64,000 nucleotides of DNA from Oscillospiraceae bacterium (GTDB taxonomy: Bacteria > Bacillota > Clostridia > Oscillospirales > Ruminococcaceae). The position numbers and the translations under genes were made by a program. Below are positions 19,359-28,393 of this stretch, one piece after another (the first letter of the stretch is position 1; each line of letters opens with the position of its first letter). The notes under the pieces were generated by a model. It was not told the DNA's origin and made no database searches. It saw only the letters and a program-made list of their open reading frames with translations. Where the stretch lies: the NCBI GenBank assembly GCA_048358235.1, contig DBGCDL010000013.1, positions 405 through 64,404 of the forward strand, in the 5' to 3' direction.

Positions 19359-19384
19359 ATCATAGATTTCGGCCATAACGAGAA
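19359..19384 (+). repeat. 26-bp exact direct repeat, copy 2 (5' edge of the B12 riboswitch leader)
   Basis: Identical 26-mer 168 bp downstream of copy 1. Confidence 0.9.
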
Positions 19385-19399
19385 GATGGCAAAAGGAAC

Positions 19400-19690
19400 A
19401 GGGCGCCTGTGAGAAACCGCCGGAACGGACGGCTTCGAGCTGGCATGGAACGCATTGGGGGGAAGCAGGTAAGCCTGCACGGTCCCGCCACCGTGAGAAG
19501 AAGAATTCTTCAAGTCGGAATGCCCCGCGCGTTCGGCAGATCACAGCTTCACGAGGTATGAGGATGTGCTTTTTTCCTGCGGATACGGTGAGTTTTCCCG
19601 GCAGCATACAAAATGCGCGGGAATTGGGACAGCACTGCCGAAACCGGAAATAGCTTCCTCCGCTTGCGGAAGCTGTTTCCGGTTTTTGAT
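19400..19690 (+). promoter_or_regulatory. Cobalamin (B12) riboswitch with terminator expression platform
   Basis: Core GGGAAGCAGGTAAGCCTGCACGGTCCCGCCACCGTGA matches the B12 aptamer consensus (GGGAA..GGTG.AA..CC....CCCGC.AC.GT.A). Downstream AAGTCGGAATGCC resembles the B12 box. The terminator AAACCGGAAATAGCTTCC..GGAAGCTGTTTCCGGTTTTT lies at 19641-19687, directly upstream of cobT. Confidence 0.75.
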
Positions 19691-19741
19691 GTCTTGAAAA
19701 AGTGCCGTCTTGAGAGACGGCGATGAAAGGAAGAGAACAGA

Positions 19742-20821
19742 ATGATAACTCTGGAAGAACTCATCGGTTCCATCACTCCCGCTGATTTGCAGGCGGAACA
19801 AAAGGCGCAGGAATACATCGACAGTCTTGCCAAGCCTTTGAGAAGCCTCGGCAAGCTGGAGAGCATCTCAAGAAAGCTGGCGGGCATGACCGGAAAAACC
19901 CAGAATACCTTTTCCAAGCGGTGTGTACTGATATTCAGCTCGGACAACGGCGTGGTGGAGGAAGGCGTTGCCAGCGCACCCCAGTCTGTTACACTGGCAC
20001 AGACCATCAATTTCACCCGGAACCTGACCGGTGTCTGCGTTCTGGCACAGCAGGCCGGTGCGGGCATTAAGGTATATGACATGGGAGTCAATGCGGAGCT
20101 CCACCACCCCGGCATTATCGACCGAAAAATACGCAAGAGCACCTTTAACATCGCCAAAGGCCCCGCCATGTCCCGGGAGGAGGCACTCCGGGCGCTGATG
20201 GCCGGTGCTTCGGCCGCCATTGACGCGGCGGAAGAGGGCTACCAGATGATCGGCATCGGGGAAATGGGTATCGGAAATACCACCACCAGCAGTGCCGTGC
20301 TCTGCGGCCTGACCGGGCTGAAGCCGGAAGAAACTTCCGGAAAAGGCGCGGGTCTGACCGAAGAGTCTTATCAGCATAAAATCGAAATCATCCGTCAGGC
20401 GCTTGCGGTCAACCAGCCGGATTCCGGCGATGTGCTGGACGTGATCGCCAAAGTGGGCGGCTTTGATATTGCCGCCATGGCAGGCGCGTTTCTGGGCGCG
20501 GCCAGCCGGAGAATGCCGGCAGTCATGGACGGGTTTATCTGCTCGGTGGCGGCGCTCTGCGCAGCCCGCCTCTGCCCGGCTGTTGTGGACTATATCATTC
20601 CTTCCCACTGTTCGAAGGAAAGGGGCTATGCCGTGGCGGTAAAAGAGCTGGGGCTTTCTCCCATGCTTCTGCTGGACATGGGACTGGGCGAGGGAAGCGG
20701 CTGTCCCATCGCTTTCTCGGTAGTGGATTTTGCCTGCGCCATGACCAACCATATGGCTACCTTTGCGCAGGCCGCCATTGACGACAGTTACATGGACGCG
20801 GTGAGAGACGCGGAGTTTTAG
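19742..20821 (+). CDS. cobT: Nicotinate-nucleotide--dimethylbenzimidazole phosphoribosyltransferase
   Basis: 359 aa; family motifs GEMGIGNTTTSSAV and LDMGLGEGSG. Confidence 0.9.
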   Translation: MITLEELIGSITPADLQAEQKAQEYIDSLAKPLRSLGKLESISRKLAGMTGKTQNTFSKRCVLIFSSDNGVVEEGVASAPQSVTLAQTINFTRNLTGVCVLAQQAGAGIKVYDMGVNAELHHPGIIDRKIRKSTFNIAKGPAMSREEALRALMAGASAAIDAAEEGYQMIGIGEMGIGNTTTSSAVLCGLTGLKPEETSGKGAGLTEESYQHKIEIIRQALAVNQPDSGDVLDVIAKVGGFDIAAMAGAFLGAASRRMPAVMDGFICSVAALCAARLCPAVVDYIIPSHCSKERGYAVAVKELGLSPMLLLDMGLGEGSGCPIAFSVVDFACAMTNHMATFAQAAIDDSYMDAVRDAEF

Positions 20822-20823
20822 CC

Positions 20824-21366
20824 ATGGAAAACAGCATTTTGGTGCTGGGCGGGGGAAGCAGCGGCAAGTCCATGTATGCCCAGCGGCTGGCCAAAAAGCT
20901 GGCGGGAAACGGTCCCCTGTTTTATCTGGCAACCATGAGCCCCTATGACGAAGAGGATCGGGCACGAATCCGAAAGCACCTGCGGGAACGGGAGGGATGG
21001 GGATTCCGGACGCTGGAGATTCCCATCCGGCTGGAAGAGGCGCTGCCCGTCATATCCGGCGGGACGGTGCTGCTGGACAGCGTGACTTCGCTGCTGACCA
21101 ACAGTATGTTTCTCCCGGACGGGGAGGGACGCAGCTCCGAAAACAGGACGGCCGAACGCATCCGGCAGGTCGCGGATGCCGCCGCTCATGCCGTCATCGT
21201 TTCGGATGACCTGTTTTCCGACGGCATCACCTATGATGAATGGACGGAGGATTTCCGCCGGCAGCTGGGGCATATTCATCAGCGGACGGCGGCCTTCTGC
21301 GGCAGCGTGATGAAGCTGCAAAACGGGATCCCCACAGCATGGAAGGGAAAAGACCTGCTGGCATAG
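20824..21366 (+). CDS. cobU: Adenosylcobinamide kinase / cobinamide-phosphate guanylyltransferase
   Basis: 180 aa; P-loop LGGGSSGKS; the C-terminal region is CobU-like but divergent. Confidence 0.8.
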   Translation: MENSILVLGGGSSGKSMYAQRLAKKLAGNGPLFYLATMSPYDEEDRARIRKHLREREGWGFRTLEIPIRLEEALPVISGGTVLLDSVTSLLTNSMFLPDGEGRSSENRTAERIRQVADAAAHAVIVSDDLFSDGITYDEWTEDFRRQLGHIHQRTAAFCGSVMKLQNGIPTAWKGKDLLA

Positions 21367-21415
21367 CGCCCCCTCTGGGAGCCGGTTATGTCAGCCGGAA
21401 AGGATGACTTAAAGT

Positions 21416-22168
21416 ATGGTTTTCTGGAAAAGCTTCTGGCAGTCCGTGAGCATGTACAGCATTGTCCCTGTGCCGGGACTGAAATGGGACAGCCGGGGAG
21501 ACCGGCATATGCTGGCCATGTACCCGCTGGTGGGACTGCTGATCGGCGGAATCTGGCTGGAGATTGCCCGGCTGCTGATTTGGCTGGGAATTGCGCCCAT
21601 GCCCCTGGGGGCGCTGCTGACCGCGGTTCCCTTTGTCCTTACCGGATTTCTTCATCTGGACGGGTATATGGACGTGTGCGATGCGGTGCTGTCCCGCCGG
21701 GACAGGGCCAGACGGCTGGAAATCCTCCGGGATTCCCATACCGGCGCGTTTGCGGTGATTTCGGTGGGCCTTTTGTTTTTGCTGCAGTTTTCGGCGGTGT
21801 ACGAGCTGGCGCAGAAGCCGGAACGGCTCTGGGGCTTTCTGCTTCTGCCGGTTTTGTCCCGGGGGATGGCCGGCTTCGGACTGCTTCAGCTTCCGCTGCT
21901 GGAGGGCAGTTCCATGGGCGCATGGGCCCGGCAGAATACGGGGATCGGCCATAAAATTTTTCTGCTGGCGGCGGCCGTTCTGGCAGGAGCCGGCATGACG
22001 GTGCTCTGCGGATGGACGGGACTGGCGGCCTCACTTGCCGGAGCGGCAGGATACTGGCTGGCCGCGTGGTATGCCTGCGGCCAGCTGGGCGGGGTGTCGG
22101 GGGATACCTCCGGATATTCCCTCTGCCTAAGCGAACTGGCGGCACTTATGATTTTGGCCATTGTATGA
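21416..22168 (+). CDS. cobS: Adenosylcobinamide-GDP ribazoletransferase (cobalamin synthase)
   Basis: 250 aa polytopic membrane protein; HLDGYMDVCDA motif typical of CobS. Confidence 0.85.
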   Translation: MVFWKSFWQSVSMYSIVPVPGLKWDSRGDRHMLAMYPLVGLLIGGIWLEIARLLIWLGIAPMPLGALLTAVPFVLTGFLHLDGYMDVCDAVLSRRDRARRLEILRDSHTGAFAVISVGLLFLLQFSAVYELAQKPERLWGFLLLPVLSRGMAGFGLLQLPLLEGSSMGAWARQNTGIGHKIFLLAAAVLAGAGMTVLCGWTGLAASLAGAAGYWLAAWYACGQLGGVSGDTSGYSLCLSELAALMILAIV

Positions 22169-22586
22169 TGCCGCACTGCGTAATCGGCGGAAAGGACGTG
22201 CTGTTTTGCATCTCATCTTGGGAAGCGCCTATCAGGGCAAGCTCCGGTATCTGCGGGAAACGCTGAACGTTCCCGAAAAAGAAATTGTTTACTGCGATGA
22301 AAATTCTTCCGAGCTCAATTTGGACGGCCGGGCGGTTACCGGACTTCACCTTTGGGTCAAGGCTGTTTTAAAAGAGGGCGGCAGCCCGGAAACCGAACTT
22401 GCACAAAAGCTGGATCGGCTTGCGGGGATGATCCTCCTCTGCGACGAGCTGGGAGGGGGAATCGTTCCGCTGACCCGGGAGGACCGCCGCTGGCGGGAGA
22501 GCACGGGTAAGGTGCTGCAGCTTCTGGCGGCCCATGCGCAGGAGGTCACCGAGGTGCTGGCGGGCATTCCCCGGCGGCTCCGCTGA
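22161..22586 (+). CDS. CobU-like paralog with atypical P-loop
   Basis: C-terminal ILLCDELGGGIVPLTREDRRWRESTGKV matches the canonical CobU NEVGxGIVP block. The N-terminal LGSAYQGKL is a Walker A lacking the terminal S/T. The true start is probably TTG 22206 (AAAGGA RBS). Confidence 0.6.
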   Translation: MYDAALRNRRKGRAVLHLILGSAYQGKLRYLRETLNVPEKEIVYCDENSSELNLDGRAVTGLHLWVKAVLKEGGSPETELAQKLDRLAGMILLCDELGGGIVPLTREDRRWRESTGKVLQLLAAHAQEVTEVLAGIPRRLR

Positions 22587-22673
22587 GGCAATCCCATATT
22601 CCGGGCATCCGGGGTACATCGTGACGGCGGCAGACCCGATGGCGCTGCCGGAATAAACGGAAAGGCGGATTCC

Positions 22674-23285
22674 ATGAAACAGATCTTTTTCTTCCGGCAC
22701 GGCATGACGGAAGCCAACCGGAAAAAGCTTTACTGCGGGACAAGCGACCTGCCCCTCTGCGAGGAGGGACGACAGGAGCTTCTGCGGCTGAAACGGGAAT
22801 TTCTGGAGTATTACCGTCCGGCAGAGGGGTGTTTCTCTACCCCCTGCCTCCGTACGGCGGAGACGATGAAGCTTCTGCTGGGAGAAACGAACCCCATCTG
22901 GATTCCCGAATTCATGGAGTGCGCTTTCGGCGAATACGAGCTTCACAGCTATGAGGAGCTGAAATCCCGTCCGGACTACATTGCGTGGATTCTGGATGAG
23001 AGCGGAACGGTTTCTCCCCCCGGCGGAGAAAGCCGGATGGAGTTTGCCGGACGGCTGAAAACCGGACTGGAGCGTTTGCTTGCGCGGGAGGAATCCACCT
23101 TGGCGGTGGCCTGTCACGGGGGCGTCATAGCCAATCTGATGAGTATGCTCTTCCCGGAGGAAACCGTTCCCGGAGAGGACGGGACTCCCCGGAAAAAAGC
23201 CTTTTACGACTGGCAGCCCGGCTTTGGGAGAGGCTATCTGGTCACTTTCAGCCATGGAAAGCCCGCCGGTTTTCAAATGCGGTAA
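22674..23285 (+). CDS. cobC: Histidine phosphatase family, alpha-ribazole phosphatase
   Basis: FFFRHGMTEANRK (RHG catalytic motif); 203 aa; located within the cob operon. Confidence 0.8.
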   Translation: MKQIFFFRHGMTEANRKKLYCGTSDLPLCEEGRQELLRLKREFLEYYRPAEGCFSTPCLRTAETMKLLLGETNPIWIPEFMECAFGEYELHSYEELKSRPDYIAWILDESGTVSPPGGESRMEFAGRLKTGLERLLAREESTLAVACHGGVIANLMSMLFPEETVPGEDGTPRKKAFYDWQPGFGRGYLVTFSHGKPAGFQMR

Positions 23286-23318
23286 ATTCCGCGGACTTCG
23301 CGTGAGGAGGGAAAAGCA

Positions 23319-24260
23319 TTGTATTCGATTGTTTTGGGATATCTGCTGGACTGGATTGTGGGGGAGCCGCATAATCCGGTTCATCCGGTCTGTCTGATGG
23401 CAAAGCTTATGGTTCTGCTGGAAAAGGGAACCCGCAGGCTTTTTCCCAAAAGGCTTAAACTGGCAGGTCTGATTACCTGGGTTTTGACCGTACTGGTCAC
23501 GTTTTTCCTCTCCTTTGGAATTCTGCGGCTGGCGTCGCTCCACTGGCTGGCACTGCTTCTGGTGGGCGGGATTATGGTCTACTTCTGCATTGCTCCCCGA
23601 GGCCTCTGTCAGGAGGCAAACAAGGTGGTGGATAAGCTGAAAGCCGGCGATTTGCCCGGCGCAAGGAAGCAGCTTTCCATGATCGTGGGGCGGGATACAC
23701 AGAATCTTACCGAAACCCAGATCCTGCGGGCCGTGATTGAGACGGTGGCGGAAAACTTTTCCGACGGAGTGGCCGCGCCGCTGCTCTTTATCGGGCTGGG
23801 CGGCCCGGCATGGGGAATGCTGTATAAGGCGGTCAACACCATGGATTCCATGTTCGGATATAAAAATGAAAGGTACGGCGAGTTCGGCTATTTCCCTGCA
23901 CGGCTGGACGACCTGTTCAACTATATTCCCGCCCGGATCTCCGCGTTTCTGGTCATGGGGGCTTCGTTCCTCTGCGGGCTGGACGGAAGAAATGCCGCAA
24001 AGGTGTGGAAGCGGGACAAGCGCAAGCACAGCAGCCCCAACAGCGCCCAGCCCGAATCGGCCTTTGCCGGGGCGCTGGGAATTTCCATGGGCGGCGCTAA
24101 TTTTTACGGCGACCGTCTGGTGGAAAAGCCGGTGATCGGAGAGGAGCTTCGTCCGGTGGACTTTGTCCGTGTGAAAGAAAGCGAGCGGCTGATGCTGGTG
24201 TCCACCTTCCTCTGCCTGCTGGTTTCCGTCGCATTGAGTCTGATCGGATTGTGGCACTGA
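23319..24260 (+). CDS. cbiB: Adenosylcobinamide-phosphate synthase
   Basis: 313 aa membrane protein; LDWIVGEPHNPVHPV N-terminus typical of CbiB/CobD. TTG start. Confidence 0.85.
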   Translation: MYSIVLGYLLDWIVGEPHNPVHPVCLMAKLMVLLEKGTRRLFPKRLKLAGLITWVLTVLVTFFLSFGILRLASLHWLALLLVGGIMVYFCIAPRGLCQEANKVVDKLKAGDLPGARKQLSMIVGRDTQNLTETQILRAVIETVAENFSDGVAAPLLFIGLGGPAWGMLYKAVNTMDSMFGYKNERYGEFGYFPARLDDLFNYIPARISAFLVMGASFLCGLDGRNAAKVWKRDKRKHSSPNSAQPESAFAGALGISMGGANFYGDRLVEKPVIGEELRPVDFVRVKESERLMLVSTFLCLLVSVALSLIGLWH

Positions 24261-24281
24261 CTGCGGAAAGGATGATAAACT

Positions 24282-25349
24282 GTGGATTTTCGCCACGGCG
24301 GAAATATTTATGAGATTGAGCGGGTGCGGAATATTTCCCGGGAAACCATCCGGGACTATTCCGCCAACATCAATCCTCTGGGCCCCCCGGATGCGGTAAA
24401 GCAGGCGGTGCAGGAGGGGCTTTCCCGGGTGAACCGCTACCCGGACATCAGCTACCGGGAGCTTCGGGATGCCATTGCCCGCCGGGAGGGTGTGGACCCG
24501 GAATGGATTCTGCCCGGAAACGGTGCGGCGGACGTGCTGTTCCAGCTGGCACGGGCGCTGGCCCCTTCGGCTGCTGCGGTGGTAAGCCCCGCTTTTTCGG
24601 AGTACCGGCAGGCCTGCGAAAGCGTGGGCTGTACAGTGCAGGACGTCATTCTTTCACCGGAAAGCGGCTTTGCGGTTTCGGCGGAGCTGGTTTCCCGGAT
24701 TCCCTCCGGGGCAAAGCTGCTGTTTCTCTGCACGCCCAACAATCCCACCGGACAGGTGTCCTCCCGGGAGGCGGGAGCGGCTCTCGCCGGGGAAATGGAG
24801 CGGAGAAGCGGATGGATGGTGGCGGACGAGTCCTTTCTGGACTTCCGGTCTGACGAGAGGGAACGGACGCTGATCCCCCTTTGCGGGGAAAATCCCCGCC
24901 TGATCGTCCTCAAATCCCTGACGAAATTTTATGCCATGGCGGGAGCGCGGATCGGTTATGCCGTCTGTTCCGACCCGTTTCTGCGGGAGAGGTACCGCAG
25001 GATTTCGCCGCCCTGGATGGTCAGCTCCTTTGCGGAGCAGATGACCCTGGCGGCACTGACTGATGAGGAATATGCCCGGAGCACCCGGAACCTCATTGCG
25101 GGGGAGAGCCGGTGGCTTTATGAGGCGCTGGCGGCTTTGCCCGAAGTCACGGCATATCCTCCCGGAGCCAATTTTGTGCTTTTCCGCTGGACTGGAAAGG
25201 CAGATCTCAAGGAGGCTCTTCTGGAGCGGGCCATTCTGGTGCGCCGCTGCGGGGAATTTGCCGGACTGGGGGATGACTGGTACCGGGTGTGTGTTTCCCT
25301 TCGTGAGAAGAATCTGGGTCTCGTGGAGGCAATGCGAGAGATCCATTGA
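24282..25349 (+). CDS. cobD: L-threonine-O-3-phosphate decarboxylase (class I/II aminotransferase fold)
   Basis: N-terminal FRHGGNIY hallmark; 355 aa; PLP-fold layout. GTG start. Confidence 0.8.
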   Translation: MDFRHGGNIYEIERVRNISRETIRDYSANINPLGPPDAVKQAVQEGLSRVNRYPDISYRELRDAIARREGVDPEWILPGNGAADVLFQLARALAPSAAAVVSPAFSEYRQACESVGCTVQDVILSPESGFAVSAELVSRIPSGAKLLFLCTPNNPTGQVSSREAGAALAGEMERRSGWMVADESFLDFRSDERERTLIPLCGENPRLIVLKSLTKFYAMAGARIGYAVCSDPFLRERYRRISPPWMVSSFAEQMTLAALTDEEYARSTRNLIAGESRWLYEALAALPEVTAYPPGANFVLFRWTGKADLKEALLERAILVRRCGEFAGLGDDWYRVCVSLREKNLGLVEAMREIH

Positions 25350-25392
25350 GAAAGGCCAAACGGAATTTTGACTTTGAAAAAGGAGTTACATC

Positions 25393-26367
25393 ATGAAAAA
25401 GGTTGTTTCTGTCATTCTGTCGGGGGTTCTGGCGCTCACCCTGCTGGTCTCCTGCAGCCCGGCAAAAAAGAATTCGGCAGGCGGAGATACCGCCTCTGCG
25501 GAAAGCACTTCCTCTGTCCAAACGTCCTCCGGGGCGGAACCCCTGCTGGACCGGGAAGGCAATGAGATCAAGCTTCCGGAAAAGATGGAGCGCATCATCT
25601 GCACCGCCCCCTCCAACACCGAGATTCTGGTGGGCTTGGGGCTGGGCGGCAAGCTGGTGGCGGCCGACACTTATTCCGCCGATGTGGAAGGGCTCCCTTC
25701 CGGCATTACCATGCTGGATTTTGCCAGTCCCGATGCGGAGGCCATCATTCAGCTGAAGCCCGACATTATCATCGCCGCCGGAATCAACAAGGCAGTGGAG
25801 GGAAGCGATCCCTTTGAGCAGATGGAAAAGGCGGGCATCTGTGTGGTGTATGTTCCCTCCAGCGACAGTGTGCAGGGCATTTGCGACGATATCACCTATC
25901 TTTCCCGGATTACCGGAACGGAGGAAACAGGGAAAAAGCTGGTGGACGAATACAGCGCGGAAGTGGAAAAAATCCGTGAGATCGGCAAAACCATCACGGA
26001 AAAGAAGAAAGTTTATTTTGAAATCAGCCCTGCCCCCGACCTCTACAGCTTTGGCAAGGGCACTTTCCTCAACGAATTCATTGAGCTGATGGGTGCGGAA
26101 AATATTTTCGGCGATCAGGAGGGATGGGTTGCCCCCAGCGCCGAGGCGGTATTGAAGGCCAATCCGGACGTGATTCTGACCAATGTGAACTATATTGACA
26201 ATCCGATTGACGAGATCAAGAGCCGGGAAGGCTGGGACACGGTCAGCGCCGTGAAAAACGGAGCGGTGTACCCGGTTCCCACCAACGCATCCTCCCGCCC
26301 CACCCAGCTGTCCATTCAGGCGCTGAAAGCAATGGCGAAAGCCGTATATCCCGAATACTATGAATAA
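25393..26367 (+). CDS. btuF: ABC substrate-binding lipoprotein, class III (cobalamin/siderophore type)
   Basis: Lipobox LTLLVSC; class III periplasmic-binding-protein layout; lies inside the B12-riboswitch-controlled operon. Confidence 0.7.
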   Translation: MKKVVSVILSGVLALTLLVSCSPAKKNSAGGDTASAESTSSVQTSSGAEPLLDREGNEIKLPEKMERIICTAPSNTEILVGLGLGGKLVAADTYSADVEGLPSGITMLDFASPDAEAIIQLKPDIIIAAGINKAVEGSDPFEQMEKAGICVVYVPSSDSVQGICDDITYLSRITGTEETGKKLVDEYSAEVEKIREIGKTITEKKKVYFEISPAPDLYSFGKGTFLNEFIELMGAENIFGDQEGWVAPSAEAVLKANPDVILTNVNYIDNPIDEIKSREGWDTVSAVKNGAVYPVPTNASSRPTQLSIQALKAMAKAVYPEYYE

Positions 26368-27400
26368 AGCAGCCCGGATTCCGGCGCGAATCTTTAAGAT
26401 TCTGATTCTGGCGGGGACAGCGGCGGGGATTTTGATTCTTGGGGTTCTGGTGGGCAGCAGCCGCATCGGCCCGCTGGACGTTTTTTCCATCATGGCTCAT
26501 AAGCTGTTCGGCATGGAGCTGCCGGTCCATATCTCCGATGCCGACGCCGTTATCGTCTGGACACTGCGGCTTCCCCGGGTGCTGCTGGCCTTTCTGGTGG
26601 GAGGGGCTCTGTCGGTGAGCGGCTGTGTGGTTCAGTCCGTCCTGAAAAATCCTCTGGCCACGCCCTATACGCTGGGCGTTTCCTCCGGCGCGTCCCTTGG
26701 GGCGGGGCTGGTGATTGTATTCGGCCTTTCCCTTCCCTTTGCGGGCAGGTTCACCCTTCCTCTGGTGGGGTTTCTCTGCGGCATGGGCACGGTGGTGCTG
26801 GTGCTGGCATTTTCCTCCAAGGTGGACAGAAGCATGTCCAACATGACGGTGATTCTGGCAGGCATGGTATTCTCCCTTTTCTTCAACGCCATTTTAACCG
26901 TGGTGACCGCTCTGGCCAAGGGGGACAAGCTCAAGCATGTGACCCTGTGGCAGATGGGCTCCTTTTCCATGCGGGGCTGGGAGTATCTGCAGATGCTGCT
27001 GCCGTTTCTGCTGATTGGGCTGGCGGTGATGCTCTGCCTCAACCGGGAAATGGACATCATGACTTTCGGCGAGGAAACCGCCTCTTCTCTGGGAGTCAAT
27101 ACGGTGCGGGTGAAACGGATTCTCTTCTTCTGCGCGGCGCTTCTGACCGGTTCCGCGGTAGCCATGTGCGGTACCATCGGCTTTGTGGATTTGATCGCAC
27201 CCCATGTAGCCCGGCGGTATTGCGGTTCAAAGCATCGGGTTCTGCTGCCCGTGTGCTTTGTGGGGGGCGGGTGCCTGATGGTGCTTTCCGACCTGATTGC
27301 CCGGACGCTGATTTCCCCCTCGGAGCTGCCGGTGGGTGCAATTACGGCCATTATAGGCGCACCGTTTTTTGCCTACATCTACTTTAAGCGGATGAAATAA
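26360..27400 (+). CDS. btuC: FecCD-family ABC permease
   Basis: 346 aa; FecCD/BtuC-type polytopic protein (..ELPVGAITAIIGAPFF..). Overlaps btuF by 8 nt. Confidence 0.75.
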   Translation: MNKAARIPARIFKILILAGTAAGILILGVLVGSSRIGPLDVFSIMAHKLFGMELPVHISDADAVIVWTLRLPRVLLAFLVGGALSVSGCVVQSVLKNPLATPYTLGVSSGASLGAGLVIVFGLSLPFAGRFTLPLVGFLCGMGTVVLVLAFSSKVDRSMSNMTVILAGMVFSLFFNAILTVVTALAKGDKLKHVTLWQMGSFSMRGWEYLQMLLPFLLIGLAVMLCLNREMDIMTFGEETASSLGVNTVRVKRILFFCAALLTGSAVAMCGTIGFVDLIAPHVARRYCGSKHRVLLPVCFVGGGCLMVLSDLIARTLISPSELPVGAITAIIGAPFFAYIYFKRMK

Positions 27401-27435
27401 TCTGCCCGGAATTGAATTGGGAAAGGAGCAGTGCC

Positions 27436-28191
27436 ATGCTGACCATTCAGAATCTGAACTGCGGCTATGACGGGGAAGACGTGATTCATGACGTGAATCT
27501 TTCCGTGAAGGCGGGAGAGCGGCTGTATATTGCCGGGCCGAACGGGTGCGGAAAAACGACGCTGCTCAAATGCATTGCCGCATTGCTGCCTTACCGGGGA
27601 GAGATTCTGCTGGACCAGGTCAGCACCCGCCGGATCCGGAAGAAGGAACTGGCCCGGAAAATCGGAATCATGACCCAGATTTCCAATGTCTATTTTCCCT
27701 ACACCATTGCCGAGACGGTGGCGCTGGGACGGTACGCCCACAGGAACGGCGTTTTTGCCCAGTTGACTCCTTCTGACCGGGACTATGTGGAGGAATGCAT
27801 TGAGAGAGTGGGACTCGGCGATCTGCGAAACCGGAGAATTGACGAACTGTCCGGAGGACAGCTGCAGCGGGTCTTTCTGGCGAGACTGTTTGCCCAGAAT
27901 CCGGAGATTATCCTGCTGGACGAGCCCACCAACCATCTGGATTTGAAATACCAGATTGAATTGCTGCAATATGTGACCTCGTGGTCGGCCGAAACCGGCA
28001 AAACCGTGATCGGTGTGCTTCACGACCTGAATCTGGTGCATGAATTTGCCGGGCAGGTTGTGCTGATGTCGGAGGGGAAGATTTTTTCCCAGGGCACGCC
28101 GGAACAGGCGCTTTCCGGAGAAAACCTTGAGACCTGTTACCAGATTGGCATCCGGGGATGGATGAAACGGTCGCTTTCCAACTGGGAATAG
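27436..28191 (+). CDS. btuD: ABC ATPase of the B12/siderophore-type importer
   Basis: Walker A GPNGCGKTT, signature LSGGQLQR, Walker B IILLDEPT. ATG 27436 follows a GAAAGGAG RBS. Confidence 0.75.
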   Translation: MLTIQNLNCGYDGEDVIHDVNLSVKAGERLYIAGPNGCGKTTLLKCIAALLPYRGEILLDQVSTRRIRKKELARKIGIMTQISNVYFPYTIAETVALGRYAHRNGVFAQLTPSDRDYVEECIERVGLGDLRNRRIDELSGGQLQRVFLARLFAQNPEIILLDEPTNHLDLKYQIELLQYVTSWSAETGKTVIGVLHDLNLVHEFAGQVVLMSEGKIFSQGTPEQALSGENLETCYQIGIRGWMKRSLSNWE

Positions 28192-28225
28192 ACCTGTCCA
28201 TGCACAGAAAAAGAAAGCAATAAAA

Positions 28226-28264
28226 AATCCACCGCAGCCGGTTCCGGCTGCGGTGGATTTTTTA
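28226..28264. terminator. Bidirectional intrinsic terminator (btuD / RACo convergent)
   Basis: AATCCACCGCAGCCGG-TTCC-GGCTGCGGTGGATT flanked by A- and T-runs. Confidence 0.8.
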
Positions 28265-28393
28265 ATCGTCAGGCAATGCGGGAAGAAAACGTCCCTGTTG
28301 CCCGCAAGGACGGCAACAGACTTACAAATATCATAATATTTTGCTTTACTGCTGCTGATTTAAATCGGTATAATAAAGACGAATGACCGGAAT

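Noticed and set aside
22368-24296. 642-aa minus-strand ORF antisense to cobU'/cobC/cbiB
   Set aside because: Its composition is dominated by R/G/P/H/Q, typical of the antisense frame of GC-rich genes. It has no recognisable domain or RBS, and the sense strand carries clearly recognisable cob genes.
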